Source of the DNA: a virus
Taxonomy: Duplodnaviria; Caudoviricetes
DNA length: 64,000 nt
Strand: one strand, 5' to 3'
Virus record (IMG/VR): IMGVR_UViG_3300028591_000109
Location: 77,568-141,567 of that record
Shown here: positions 29,035 to 39,138 of the stretch, piece after piece
Layout of the letters: every line of letters starts with the position of its first letter
Position numbering within the stretch: position 1 is the first letter of the stretch
Made by a program: the position numbers and the translations under genes
The notes under the pieces: generated by a model
The model's input: only the letters and a program-made list of their open reading frames with translations
Told to the model about the DNA's origin: nothing
Databases searched by the model: none

Positions 29035-29814
29035 ATGAAACACTTGGATTTTACGATTGACTTTGAGACCGTCGGGCTGACGGCGAACGCCGCGCCGATG
29101 ATGGTGGCCATCGTGCCATGGAACAGAGACGCCAAGGAAGACCCGTTCACGATGGACGAGGACGGGACACTCACCGAGGAGCAGACCAGCAAGTGGCCGG
29201 AGCCGCTGGAGCTGTATGTGGACCTGCGCTCCTGCGTGGTCGAGGGCTACAACTTCGACCCGGCGACCGTCGAGTGGTGGACGAAGCAGAGTTACGACGC
29301 GAAACGGGCCGTATGCGACGGGCTGGCCCAACCCGTGGACGAGGTGACGGTGGAGATTGTGGGCTACCTGAGCCGCACAAAAGAGCAACTTGGACTGGAC
29401 AGCATCTGCCTCTGGAGCCAGGGCGACACCGACCAGGGCATCCTGCGCAACCTCTGCCGCCGCAACGGCTACAACATGGAGGAGGACGTCATCCCCCACA
29501 CCCAACTGCGCGACTGCCGCACGTTGATACTGGAGGCGGCGCTGATAAAGCGGATGCGAGAGATTAAGGAGAGAAACGAGCAATTGATCAAGAGCGGCAA
29601 GGCAGTGACCGATGTTGAGATTATGCCAGACGGCAGTGTCGTTCCGTGTACGCTTCTGCCCAAGCAGATACTCGCCGGCAGCTACGACGTGTACAAACTC
29701 TTCCCTCCCCTACCCGACCGCTACGCCAAGGGCAGCGAGGCGCACGACGCGCTCTACGATGCCCTGCGCTCGTCGTGGAACACGTGGCAGGCGCTGCAGT
29801 GGATGAAGGGATAA
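29035..29814 (+). CDS. DEDDh 3'-5' exonuclease (ExoVIII/Rv2179c-like)
   Basis: IDFETVG, WSQG.TD..IL, RDCRT, HDALYDA. Confidence 0.85.
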   Translation: MKHLDFTIDFETVGLTANAAPMMVAIVPWNRDAKEDPFTMDEDGTLTEEQTSKWPEPLELYVDLRSCVVEGYNFDPATVEWWTKQSYDAKRAVCDGLAQPVDEVTVEIVGYLSRTKEQLGLDSICLWSQGDTDQGILRNLCRRNGYNMEEDVIPHTQLRDCRTLILEAALIKRMREIKERNEQLIKSGKAVTDVEIMPDGSVVPCTLLPKQILAGSYDVYKLFPPLPDRYAKGSEAHDALYDALRSSWNTWQALQWMKG

Positions 29815-29918
29815 TCAAAAGGGATTTTCAAGCAAAGGAAAAGAAAAGCGGACCAACGGTACTTGTGCCGTTGGCCCACTTGGTGTGTTGTATCATTTTC
29901 GTGAGGTCACGAAAATGG

Positions 29919-30797
29919 TCAGAAGTCGTAGTTATCCTCCCCACTCCACTCGCCGTTGACGGTGAAACCGAAGCCGCTCTGGGTGATGGTGCCCTCGCCT
30001 TCGGAGAAGAGGGGGCCGGTGTAGCTGGTGATGCGGTTGCGCGTGACGGGGACGGCATCGAGGGTTCGCTTCTTGATCACGTCGCCCTGGGCGGTGAGGG
30101 CGGTGATGGTGACTTTCAACGTGCCGGAGGAGGAGAGATAAGGGAAGGTGAAGATTTCGTAGACGTCATCGGCGGCAACAGGGCGCGTCTCTGATTGTGT
30201 CGATTTCGTGGTGCCCTCGCCGGTGGTGGGGTTGAAGTTGGCCGAGCCGCCGGTGTAGTCGAACTTGACATGCGTGAGCTGAGCGGGGATTTCCTCGTCG
30301 GTGAACTGGAAGCGCACCATAGCGCCCATGCGGTTCATCGTGAGCTGGTGCTGTTCGGGTGCTTCGCCAACGGTCACGGTGCCGCCATAGCAGAAGGTGT
30401 CCGTCAGCTTCTGGCCGTCGCTGGCCGTGAACTGCACCATCTCCATGCTCTTGATGGTGGCACTCTTGGCCGACGAGTGACCGACGGCCACCACGCCATA
30501 CTCCCCGGCAGGCAGCGTGAGCGACAGCTGTCCGAAGTTCTCGTCGGTGGAGTATTGCGTGCGCACCTTGTCGAAATACTTAGTGCCGTCGGCATTGAAC
30601 AGCATGACGTTGAGCTTCGAGAAGCAGGTGCCAATGTCGGTGGCGGCGGCGCGGGTCGTCGCGCCGTGGGCGCTGAACGTGAGGGTCACGTTGCCAAGTG
30701 GTTCGTTACTGTCCTCTGTGTCGAGGATGGGTTTCTCGCAGGCGACGAGTGCCATGCTGATTGCGCACAGGACGCAGAGATTCTTGATTGCTTTCAT
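29919..30797 (-). CDS. FimB/Mfa2-like fimbrial lipoprotein 1
   Basis: Lipobox LVAC; TRA processing-like motif; beta-rich; PVTRNRITSYTG. Confidence 0.7.
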   Translation of the reverse strand: MKAIKNLCVLCAISMALVACEKPILDTEDSNEPLGNVTLTFSAHGATTRAAATDIGTCFSKLNVMLFNADGTKYFDKVRTQYSTDENFGQLSLTLPAGEYGVVAVGHSSAKSATIKSMEMVQFTASDGQKLTDTFCYGGTVTVGEAPEQHQLTMNRMGAMVRFQFTDEEIPAQLTHVKFDYTGGSANFNPTTGEGTTKSTQSETRPVAADDVYEIFTFPYLSSSGTLKVTITALTAQGDVIKKRTLDAVPVTRNRITSYTGPLFSEGEGTITQSGFGFTVNGEWSGEDNYDF

Positions 30798-30863
30798 TGT
30801 TTCTTTGGTGTTTAGCCGTCTTACGACGGGAAATTAATCAAATTTTGTTCAAATTATTAAATA

Positions 30864-31286
30864 TCAGAGAAGTTTTACCTTTTCGATGCGCCCATCGTTA
30901 TGCCGATGAAACCACTCTGCGTAGAGACTCGGCGCACCGAAATTGATAATCATGCCGTATGGCTGATGCGTCAGATTCATGTAGTTAAACAGTTGTCTAC
31001 GATGACAGGTTTCAACATGCGATACAGCTTTCAACTCACAGATGATGTTGCCGCCAATCATCAAGTCCATACGGTACGACTGATCTAACTGAACGTCGTC
31101 CCAGAATATTGGGAGGTACACCTGCCGCTCCACCTGTACTCCTTTCAGTTCCAGCAGGTATTTTAGAGCGGCCTCGTAGGCACTTTCCACCAGTCCTGGC
31201 TTGAACTTGCGGTGTACGCGCATGGCTTCGCCAGTGATGTCGGCAAAGAACTGATACCGCTGGTTGTATTCTTTTATCAAATCCAT
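30864..31286 (-). CDS. GxxExxY protein (PD-(D/E)xK nuclease fold) 1
   Basis: PGLVESAYE, YRMDL, ICELKAV, GMIINFG. Confidence 0.9.
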   Translation of the reverse strand: MDLIKEYNQRYQFFADITGEAMRVHRKFKPGLVESAYEAALKYLLELKGVQVERQVYLPIFWDDVQLDQSYRMDLMIGGNIICELKAVSHVETCHRRQLFNYMNLTHQPYGMIINFGAPSLYAEWFHRHNDGRIEKVKLL

Positions 31287-31423
31287 AGTTGGGTGTTTTA
31301 AACCGTCTTACGACGGGAAATTATTCAAATTATTCTCAAATTATTCAACCCTGCGGATGGAAAAGTTCTAATAATTTGAATTAAATTTGAACAATTTCCA
31401 CCCGTCAGGGTGCTCAGAAGTCA

Positions 31424-32296
31424 TCAGAACTCCACGGTGTCGAACTCCTGCCAGTCATTGACCGTGAAGGTGGAGGTGAAGGCGGCATCGGTGAAGAAGG
31501 CGCCGCGATACGTGGTGCGGTAGCCGTTGCAAAGGGGCACGTCGTCGAAGGTGCGCTGCTGGAGGGGCTGGCCGGCGGTGTCGTAGGCGGTGACGGTGAC
31601 GGTGTGGAGCACGGACTCGTCGGGGTCAGCGATGACGTAGGCGGAGAGGGTCACGCTGCCGTCCTGATTGAGGTTGTAGCCTTGGTAGGTGGCAGTGTAA
31701 TCACGGGGGTTCATGCCATAGCCGGCGACGTTCCATGCGGCGGGAGCCTGGTCAACGGCGATGGTGATCTTGTCGGCCTCGGAGGGCACGGGGTCGGTGG
31801 TCTCCAGTCGGAACTGGCCCACGATGCGCTGCATGAGGCACGAGAGCGTGGTGGTCTCGGCGGGGGTGAACGTCTGGGTATAGAACATCGAGTGGGTCAT
31901 CTTCGCGCCCGGCCAGGTGATGATACCGCCTTGCAGGGTAGCCGCGCCGGTGTCCTTATGGGCACAGGCATAGAGCGTGTAGGTCTTGCGCTTGTCGAGG
32001 GTGACGGTGAGGGAGCCGAAGGCTGGGTCGGTGCTGGTCTGGTGGACGGCCTGCACCTCCTGGCCGTCCTGGTAGAGCCAGACATCAAGGCGGGTGGCGA
32101 TGGTGGCGATGCTGGTGGGGTCACCTCCGGCACGGGTCATGGCCTCCTGCTCGTAGGGCGAGAAGGTGAGCGTCACCTTCTGCGGATCGTTCACGTTGGC
32201 GGGGTTCATCACTGTGCTCTCTGTTTCGAGGGCGTTGTTTTCACAGGCTGTCAGTGCCATCAGGGCACACGACAGCAGGGCAAAATACTTCTTCAT
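31424..32296 (-). CDS. FimB/Mfa2-like fimbrial lipoprotein 2
   Basis: Lipobox LTAC; MTRA; distant paralogue of 29919-30797. Confidence 0.7.
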   Translation of the reverse strand: MKKYFALLSCALMALTACENNALETESTVMNPANVNDPQKVTLTFSPYEQEAMTRAGGDPTSIATIATRLDVWLYQDGQEVQAVHQTSTDPAFGSLTVTLDKRKTYTLYACAHKDTGAATLQGGIITWPGAKMTHSMFYTQTFTPAETTTLSCLMQRIVGQFRLETTDPVPSEADKITIAVDQAPAAWNVAGYGMNPRDYTATYQGYNLNQDGSVTLSAYVIADPDESVLHTVTVTAYDTAGQPLQQRTFDDVPLCNGYRTTYRGAFFTDAAFTSTFTVNDWQEFDTVEF

Positions 32297-32454
32297 AGTT
32301 TTGCTTGGGTTTTAAGTTTGTTGATGATTGGGGTTTATTATGGCCTTACGGCCAGAAATTAGAGACTGCCGCCGTTGGCGGGAAATTTTTTTATTGCACT
32401 TAATTTCTCGGCGACAGCCGATAGTCTGAAAATTTCTGCGCGATAGCGCATCCA

Positions 32455-32877
32455 TTACAGCAGCTTCACCTGTTCTACCTCGCCGGTCGTCACATTGAGT
32501 TCGTACCATTCGCTGTAGAGACTCTTGCTGCCAAAGTTGATAATCATGCCATACCTCGTATGAGTGATGCGCATATAGCTCCAGAGTTGCTGGCGGTGTT
32601 CAACGCTCACGAATTTCACCGCCTTCAGTTCGCAGATGACGCCGCCGACCACGAGGTCCATACGGTACGACTGGTCGAGGGGCACGTCGTCCCAGAAGAT
32701 GGGCAGGTACACCTGCCGCTCCACCTTCATGCCTTTCAGTTCCAGCAGGTACTTCAGCGCCGCCTCGTAGGCGCTCTCCACCAGTCCGGGTCTGAACTTG
32801 CGGTGTACGCGCATGGCTTCGCCCGTGATGTCGGCAAAGAACTGATACCGCTGGTTGTGTTCCTTGATTGCATCCAT
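32455..32877 (-). CDS. GxxExxY protein 2
   Basis: Close paralogue of 30864-31286. Confidence 0.9.
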   Translation of the reverse strand: MDAIKEHNQRYQFFADITGEAMRVHRKFRPGLVESAYEAALKYLLELKGMKVERQVYLPIFWDDVPLDQSYRMDLVVGGVICELKAVKFVSVEHRQQLWSYMRITHTRYGMIINFGSKSLYSEWYELNVTTGEVEQVKLL

Positions 32878-33073
32878 AGTTTTGCTTGGGTTTTAAGTTA
32901 ATAATTGGGTTGTTTTGTTAGCGCCCTTGCGGGCGGAAATTGTAAGAAAATTGGGTAAGAAAATGCGCTTCGCTTGAAAAGAATTTTTATAATCACTGCA
33001 AGAATTTTTATAATTTTCTTACAAGCGGAGCGCATTCTTTTAGAATTTCCCGCCGACAGGCGGCTAAGAATAG

Positions 33074-33100
33074 AAAAGCCGCTCCTTTGCGGGAGCGGCT
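33074..33100 (-). terminator. Intrinsic terminator ending the early array
   Basis: AGCCGCTCC-CGCAAA-GGAGCGGCTTTT on the minus strand. Confidence 0.75.
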
Positions 33101-33133
33101 GTATAATATATAAATGTGTGCGGGCATTGCGGG

Positions 33134-33784
33134 CTAAGACTTTTTCGGGGTTATTACAATCTCTGTCTCGTCGCCAATAGTACTATACAATCGTGGATTT
33201 TTGTCAGCGAATGCCTTGCCGATGGCAGCGATAACGCTAATGTCTATGCCACCCCTTACGAACAGGTGTATATAATCGTCCACTTTGACATTCTCTAACG
33301 AGCATTCACCTCCGAAATCGTCGTTGTCAAGTATCTCTGTCACTTTCTCTGCCACTGCTTGCTCTTTCTCTGAGTAGTCGCATCTTTCAGCCATAAGAGC
33401 ATCCTTCACATATTGGTGGTATTCGTCTTTCCACAGACCATGCTTTGCCAGCAGGGAAACGATGTTGCATGAAGGTTCAAAATCGTCACAATCATACACA
33501 TCACGTTGTGTCTCTATCCAGTCACGGATATCATAGCAGTCGATGTCATAGTCCTTGTCAATCAGGCAAACATCGTCCTCGTTCTCTACGACTCTATCAA
33601 GCGACCACCGCTCCATACGCTCGTCGCCATGAATAAGATAGCGCGTCACTACGCAGTCATCGTCCGTCAGGATGCGCACCTTGCGGTCTGCTTCTCCAAG
33701 AGTATAGCCCTTGTCGTCTTCTTTGCGACAGTCCAGTTTCAGCTTTACCAGTACGTTTACTTCTTCGATTGATATTACTTTCAT
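33134..33784 (-). CDS. Acidic hypothetical protein
   Basis: Start MKVIS in ACGACTATG context. Confidence 0.65.
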   Translation of the reverse strand: MKVISIEEVNVLVKLKLDCRKEDDKGYTLGEADRKVRILTDDDCVVTRYLIHGDERMERWSLDRVVENEDDVCLIDKDYDIDCYDIRDWIETQRDVYDCDDFEPSCNIVSLLAKHGLWKDEYHQYVKDALMAERCDYSEKEQAVAEKVTEILDNDDFGGECSLENVKVDDYIHLFVRGGIDISVIAAIGKAFADKNPRLYSTIGDETEIVITPKKS

Positions 33785-33797
33785 AGTCGTTTTGTTT

Positions 33798-34097
33798 TTA
33801 ATTCGTTTCGTCATTCAGCATATCCTCCACGCCCTGCCAGTCTTTGAGCACGATGTGGGTAATGAGATTGATGGCGATGCCGACAAAACCGTCCTTCAGT
33901 TCGCCATAGGAAGTATTTACCATCGAGAGGTTGCCGAGAGTTATCTTCACTGCGGCCCGCTGCTCCTGCGTCAACGCAAACTTACGGGCGAGGCTGTCGG
34001 TGGTGTCGCCGATATTCTCTTCGCCTTCGATTGTACGATTGAGGAAGTCGGTCATTATCGAGATTACTTCCTTCTGGTAGATTTCATATTCGTTCAT
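33798..34097 (-). CDS. Hypothetical protein
   Basis: 99 aa in array. Confidence 0.6.
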   Translation of the reverse strand: MNEYEIYQKEVISIMTDFLNRTIEGEENIGDTTDSLARKFALTQEQRAAVKITLGNLSMVNTSYGELKDGFVGIAINLITHIVLKDWQGVEDMLNDETN

Positions 34098-34120
34098 ACT
34101 TTCGTTTCGTTTTTAGTTCG

Positions 34121-34537
34121 TTAATGCTTCTTCTTGCCATACTGCGGCTTCCCTCTATTCCAGCAACGGAGTAGTTCTGCCGCCGTGAACGGGAGGTCGG
34201 TGTAGCCGTGGTCATCCAGCAACGCCGCCACGTCCTTAACTGTCATCTGCACGCCGTCTTTAAGCCCATAGAATGCCGATGCCTCCAACTCCTTGTCCAT
34301 ATCCTTATGCTCAGACAGCCACTTAAAGATGGCGGCCTCCTTGCGCTTGATGTCTGCCACCTGCTGACGGCTTCTCGACTTATAGCCATAGCCAGCGTAA
34401 GCCTTCTGCACAGTCTTATAGCCGTAACCGTTGGCATCGTCCAATATCTCTCCCGTCTCAGTATTCACCACGATAAAGCGCGGCTCAAACTGCTCTGAGA
34501 GTTCCTTCGACTTGATTACTTTGATGTTGTCGTCCAT
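34121..34537 (-). CDS. Hypothetical protein
   Basis: TGEILDDANGYGYKT motif. Confidence 0.65.
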   Translation of the reverse strand: MDDNIKVIKSKELSEQFEPRFIVVNTETGEILDDANGYGYKTVQKAYAGYGYKSRSRQQVADIKRKEAAIFKWLSEHKDMDKELEASAFYGLKDGVQMTVKDVAALLDDHGYTDLPFTAAELLRCWNRGKPQYGKKKH

Positions 34538-34559
34538 TATTCGTGTAGCTTTTAATTGT

Positions 34560-35015
34560 TCAACTCAATTTCTCCTTGTGATACTCTCCCAACCAGTCGC
34601 CCATTTCGCGGAGGATGCGAGCGGTGACGAGGTGGTCGGTGGGGATGCCGTTGAGGAAGGTTATCTTCTTCGTGGCATTGAAGCGGTGGTTGCGGAAGGT
34701 GACTACCACGCCGTAGTCCTGGTCGGTCACTACCCACCCCTTGCGGTCGGCAGAGCCTTGCAGCAGGAAGCGTCCCTCGCGCACTGGTGGCGGGGCAGCT
34801 ACGGGCTTGATGTCAATCTTAGTGGGCACCGGCTCTGGATTGTCGGCCTTGATGGCCTCTATCAGCGGATGGCCCAGCTTGTCGGCACGCTCCAGTATGG
34901 CGGGTATCTTACCGATGGCATCGTCCTGACTCGCGGCCTCGATGTTGTTCAGGTCAAGCCGCACAGTGTCGCCACTGTGCAGCTTGTAGGTCAGTTGTAT
35001 CAGGTAGTAGGGCAT
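34560..35015 (-). CDS. Hypothetical protein
   Basis: WVVTD..GVVVTF..HRFN..LREMGDWL pattern. Confidence 0.6.
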   Translation of the reverse strand: MPYYLIQLTYKLHSGDTVRLDLNNIEAASQDDAIGKIPAILERADKLGHPLIEAIKADNPEPVPTKIDIKPVAAPPPVREGRFLLQGSADRKGWVVTDQDYGVVVTFRNHRFNATKKITFLNGIPTDHLVTARILREMGDWLGEYHKEKLS

Positions 35016-35227
35016 GGGGCTTGCTTGTAGAGTTGACAACTGGTCTTGCGGTTCCTCACTGCGAGGAAGAACACAGCTTCGCCGGGCTGTGGCTCATAGG
35101 TGGCATGAACAAACATACAGGTCTGGCCGTTGGTGGCCACATACTTCTCCCATCCCTGTGCCAGGCTGGGGGCGCGGAGCCCGTCGTAATACGACTGGGC
35201 CACCGCTGATAATTCGAGTAGATTCAT
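35000..35227 (-). CDS. Hypothetical protein
   Basis: 75 aa in array. Confidence 0.5.
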   Translation of the reverse strand: MNLLELSAVAQSYYDGLRAPSLAQGWEKYVATNGQTCMFVHATYEPQPGEAVFFLAVRNRKTSCQLYKQAPCPTT

Positions 35228-35239
35228 ATTGCTTGTATT

Positions 35240-36301
35240 TTAGTGATTAAGTGCATACTCTATAGCTTTCTCGGCGTAATATTCCACACCGAAGAGTTTA
35301 CCATATTTGCGGAGGTCGGCGATGCTGATGTCGTTAGCCCTATGACCGATGACTTCCTCGTACTTATGCTTGAACTCCGACGTGCCCGGACGACAGTTGC
35401 CAGCGTTGAGTGAGTCTTGGAACGTGATGCGCAGCGTGCCGTTAGCCTTCTGCTCGGCACGACGCTCGTTCTTCTTGCGCTGGTTCAGCAGTCGGGCCAT
35501 CTGCATGGCACGGTGCTCGGCACTGATAGCCTGTGCCTCCTTCAGCGTCTTTGCCTCGATGTGCTCGCCGCGAACCAGAAAGCCACTCACGGTGCGGATC
35601 TTGCTTATTTCGCGCTCCTGCTCTATCCACTCGCAAACCACGCCCTTTCGGCTATAGTTCACGTCCTTTACAAAAGTGAGCAAGCCGCCGACGAGCACGA
35701 CATGCCATCCCTTGCGGATGTTGAGCGTGAACGAGCGGGTAATCTTCCAGTACTTACATCTTCCGGAATAGCGGTCGAAGTCCTCATGCACGTCGATGCC
35801 GTTCTTGTCTCCGTAGCGTGCGGTCGTAGTGCCGACATTCTCTCCCTTGCGAATTTGCATAAGGGTATTGTCAATGCCGTACATGCCGTCCTCTTTCAAC
35901 ATGCGGTCGATAGCATCACGCTCGCGCTGGGCCTTGACTGCACGGCGTTTGCTTTCGTCCTCAGCCTTCGCCCACTCGTCGATGTTGTCCGGATGGTACG
36001 GCTTGGCAAAGTACTCAGCCATCTGCTTGCGCACGGCCTTGGCTCGTTTCTCGATGGCCTTCCGGCACTCGTCTTTCTTCGAGGCAGGCCAGTCGGTAGT
36101 CTCGATGGTCGTCCACCATGTGATGACGAACCCTGCCTTACGCTCCGGTCCTCCATGCGACGGGATGTCCACGTCCAACGTGTCGCCTTTTGAAAACTTT
36201 CTGGTTGGCAGCAATTTCCAACCCTGTGCTTTTGCGAAGCGAATCTCCTGCTTCGTATAGACACTCTTGATAATGCTCTCGGTGTTGACAGTCTTTGTCA
36301 T
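35240..36301 (-). CDS. Hypothetical protein
   Basis: 353 aa; DSLNAGNCRPG motif; TATCTTTG promoter at 36382-36389. Confidence 0.7.
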   Translation of the reverse strand: MTKTVNTESIIKSVYTKQEIRFAKAQGWKLLPTRKFSKGDTLDVDIPSHGGPERKAGFVITWWTTIETTDWPASKKDECRKAIEKRAKAVRKQMAEYFAKPYHPDNIDEWAKAEDESKRRAVKAQRERDAIDRMLKEDGMYGIDNTLMQIRKGENVGTTTARYGDKNGIDVHEDFDRYSGRCKYWKITRSFTLNIRKGWHVVLVGGLLTFVKDVNYSRKGVVCEWIEQEREISKIRTVSGFLVRGEHIEAKTLKEAQAISAEHRAMQMARLLNQRKKNERRAEQKANGTLRITFQDSLNAGNCRPGTSEFKHKYEEVIGHRANDISIADLRKYGKLFGVEYYAEKAIEYALNH

Positions 36302-36749
36302 AATGCGTTGCCCATGCCCTTGGGACTTGTTTTGCTATCTGGCGCAGCGTTTAAAATGTTCGTTGTAGCAACTTTCGGTTGCAAAGATAATACAAATTCT
36401 TGAAAGTCTTGCAGAAATTAGCAAGAATTATCTTCTGTGATAGTCAGGCCGCGCTTGGCGGCCTTCTCGTAGAAGTCTCGGCGGCACTCCGGCGTGGGGA
36501 ACCATGCGAGGGTGCGCAGTTCCCTGCCGTCTTGTGCCGTGAGGGTCAGTCCACAGACACCGTTCATAGTTCTACGGGGAATTTGTCGTGAATAGCCATT
36601 AGTGTTTCGATGTCGCTCCAGTAGAGGTTATGCACCTGACTGCTGCCGGTGTTCATGCCGGGGTAGCGGCGCCAGGTGTGGGTCACTGCGTGCAGGCAAC
36701 TCTTCATTGCCTTCGCTTCTTCGGGTGTGAGATTGATTGTCATAGCCGT

Positions 36750-37745
36750 TTACTTGTTTTGATTGTTATACTTGCCTTCTATCATCAGTGCTCCCATGCG
36801 TCCGTTGATCTGGTAGCACCAGGTGATGGTGTCGTCAGCGTCGTTGAACACATGGTAGGTGTTGCGGGGCTTCGAGAGCGGGTCGCCGTAGCGGTTGTAT
36901 TTCTCGGTGGTCTTGCCCATGCGGGTGAAGCCGTGGTCGGCGATGAGCTCATAGACGGTGCATGACACGTATTTGCCGCCGCTCACCTTGAAGCAGCTGC
37001 GCTCCTCCAGTCCTGCCAGCACCGTGCCCCGCTGCATGGCGGTGAGCTTGTCTGGCAGCATGCCAAGCTCCGTGAGGCGCTGCAGTTTCGCGTCTTCGGC
37101 GGCTCGCTCCTCGGCCTTCTTGCGCTCTTCGGCCTCGCGCTCCTTGCGCCGGGCTTCCATTTCGGCCTTTGCCTCTGCCTCGCGCTGTGCCATCAGTTCG
37201 CTGCGCTGTATCTCCAGCAGGGGATAGTAGCCGGAGCCCACCTCCTTGAAAGCCCGGATGGTGGCGGCGCTGACCCACGTGCCGCTGTCGAGCAGGTAGT
37301 TGGGGTAGTCCTGGTAGCGGCGCAGGGCGGCATAGCGCTCGTCGCGGTACTTCTTGCGGCTGTCGAATCTCTCGCGCCACGACGCCTTGCACTCGGCCAC
37401 CTTCTCCGGGGTCATGGGGTGGTAGCGCATGCTCTCGGGGCTGTAGGTCACGGCCATCTGCTCGTCGTACTCGCGGTCTATCTCCTCGTCGGTCTTCAGC
37501 AGGTATTCCTCCATCATGCGTGTAGAGATGGTGTGCATGGTGGGTATCATCACGGCCACGTTATCGCTCAGCTGGGCGTAGAGGAGATAGTAGCCGTCCT
37601 CATACTCATACCACAGCGGAGTTTCTGCGCCGTCGTTGCTCACGAGGGGCAGCAGTTCGTGGATGTCGGTCAGTTCGATGTTGCGACGCTTGGGGGTGTT
37701 TCCGTCGCTGCCAATGTAGTGGCACCAGAATTTCTTTGTTGTCAT
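36750..37745 (-). CDS. Hypothetical protein
   Basis: 331 aa. Confidence 0.7.
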   Translation of the reverse strand: MTTKKFWCHYIGSDGNTPKRRNIELTDIHELLPLVSNDGAETPLWYEYEDGYYLLYAQLSDNVAVMIPTMHTISTRMMEEYLLKTDEEIDREYDEQMAVTYSPESMRYHPMTPEKVAECKASWRERFDSRKKYRDERYAALRRYQDYPNYLLDSGTWVSAATIRAFKEVGSGYYPLLEIQRSELMAQREAEAKAEMEARRKEREAEERKKAEERAAEDAKLQRLTELGMLPDKLTAMQRGTVLAGLEERSCFKVSGGKYVSCTVYELIADHGFTRMGKTTEKYNRYGDPLSKPRNTYHVFNDADDTITWCYQINGRMGALMIEGKYNNQNK

Positions 37746-37769
37746 AGTTCGTTACTTGTTTTGATGGGG

Positions 37770-38057
37770 TTATTGTTCCTTGATGATTCCGCTGCCGAAG
37801 GTGCCGTAGAGGTCGCTCATCATGCGCCCTACGTGGAAGGTGCTCATGCCTGGCATTGTGCGGTCGTTGCCCTCGGTGTCGTGGGCGTGTACTTCCCAGA
37901 TGTCGCGCTCCACACTGGTCTGCTTGCAGTCGAAGCGGCAGTTGCCAAACTGGTAGCTCTGTGTGCGCCCTGCGGCGGCGGCCTTGTTCAGCTGCTCGAT
38001 GTAGAAGAGTGATGACCACTCCCAGTTTTCCTTTTGCTTTTGCTTTTTCTTTGCCAT
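37770..38057 (-). CDS. Hypothetical protein
   Basis: 95 aa; shared start module. Confidence 0.6.
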   Translation of the reverse strand: MAKKKQKQKENWEWSSLFYIEQLNKAAAAGRTQSYQFGNCRFDCKQTSVERDIWEVHAHDTEGNDRTMPGMSTFHVGRMMSDLYGTFGSGIIKEQ

Positions 38058-38069
38058 AGTCGTGACGTT

Positions 38070-38291
38070 TTAATTGTTCTCGTTACTGTCTATCCATGCC
38101 ATCGCTTCCTTGTCGGTCTTGAACGATTGGCCCACATACTTGCCGCGCTGGTAGAGATACCACCGCTTTCTGTGCAGTTTCCTGTCTGCTGATACTGGTG
38201 AACTGTATTTCTGCAGTCTCACGTCATATCCTCCATAGGCGAAGCAGTCGATGCAACCGCACGCCTTTTCCATCATCCTGTCGTCTGTCAT
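38070..38291 (-). CDS. Hypothetical protein
   Basis: 73 aa; shared start module. Confidence 0.6.
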   Translation of the reverse strand: MTDDRMMEKACGCIDCFAYGGYDVRLQKYSSPVSADRKLHRKRWYLYQRGKYVGQSFKTDKEAMAWIDSNENN

Positions 38292-38424
38292 AGTCGTGAT
38301 GTTTTAATTTCGGGGGTTAATACTTACTTCTTGCAGGCCCACTGCACAAACCAGAGCCATGCGAAAAAGCCCATTATCCAATTCTCGATCATTCGTTACT
38401 TGTTTTTAGGGGGTTAAACTTTTC

Positions 38425-39114
38425 TTAATCTTTGTGCCACTCGGTCGTGACGTACTCGGTCAGGATGGCGCGGTTGTCGTTGTCAAGCTCGCGCCAGAAC
38501 ATTTGCATAGCGGCCTTGCTGCCGTACTTCTCGTAGCAGTAGTCCCACTTCTGCTGCAGGTGCTGACGGTTGCAGTGGGCCTTGGGGTGGCGCACCATGT
38601 AGTCGAGCCACAGGTTCTCGTCGTCGTAGTCCATGCACCAGTCGCTCCAGAGGGCGATAATGTCCTTCGCCTCCGAGGGAGAAGCCTCGGACTGCTGCTT
38701 GTCCTGCGCTGCCTGCTCCAGCCAGCGGGCTATGTTCTGCAGCGTGTCGGTAGGCAGGCTTTCGGGATCCACCTGTACCTCGGGCAGGTTGGTGAAGTCC
38801 ACAAGGAAGGTGAGCGGCGTGGGATCGTCGGCGTTGTAGTGCATGGCGAACACGAAGCCCTGTTCGTCCGTGCCGTCGTCGAAGTAAATAGGCACGAAGT
38901 TCAGCCCATCGCACACGGGCTTTGTGCCGAAGTTATACAGGTCGATGCCTATCTGCCCCGGTGTGAGGCGGCTCTCGCTGATGCGCAGCGGCTCCGGCTT
39001 TATCCTGCCATTCAGGTAATAGTTAGACACTGTGGCCACGAGGTCGGTGAGATACTGGATGGCCTGCTGCTTCTCGTTCTGTTGGTCGATGACCTGGTTC
39101 TTTGTCTTGCTCAT
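38425..39114 (-). CDS. Hypothetical protein
   Basis: 229 aa. Confidence 0.65.
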   Translation of the reverse strand: MSKTKNQVIDQQNEKQQAIQYLTDLVATVSNYYLNGRIKPEPLRISESRLTPGQIGIDLYNFGTKPVCDGLNFVPIYFDDGTDEQGFVFAMHYNADDPTPLTFLVDFTNLPEVQVDPESLPTDTLQNIARWLEQAAQDKQQSEASPSEAKDIIALWSDWCMDYDDENLWLDYMVRHPKAHCNRQHLQQKWDYCYEKYGSKAAMQMFWRELDNDNRAILTEYVTTEWHKD

Positions 39115-39138
39115 TGTCGTATGGGGTTTAGTTGTGAT

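Larger units (their letters stand above)
30816..33063. repeat. Cluster of nine AATTTC + GC hairpin REP-like units
   Basis: Hairpins at 30816, 31303, 31399, 32341, 32369, 32408, 32437, 32922 and 33050. Confidence 0.8.

Noticed and set aside
28832-29038. 68-aa ORF from the track
   Set aside because: The overlapping frame 28866-29021 gives a more plausible HTH protein.
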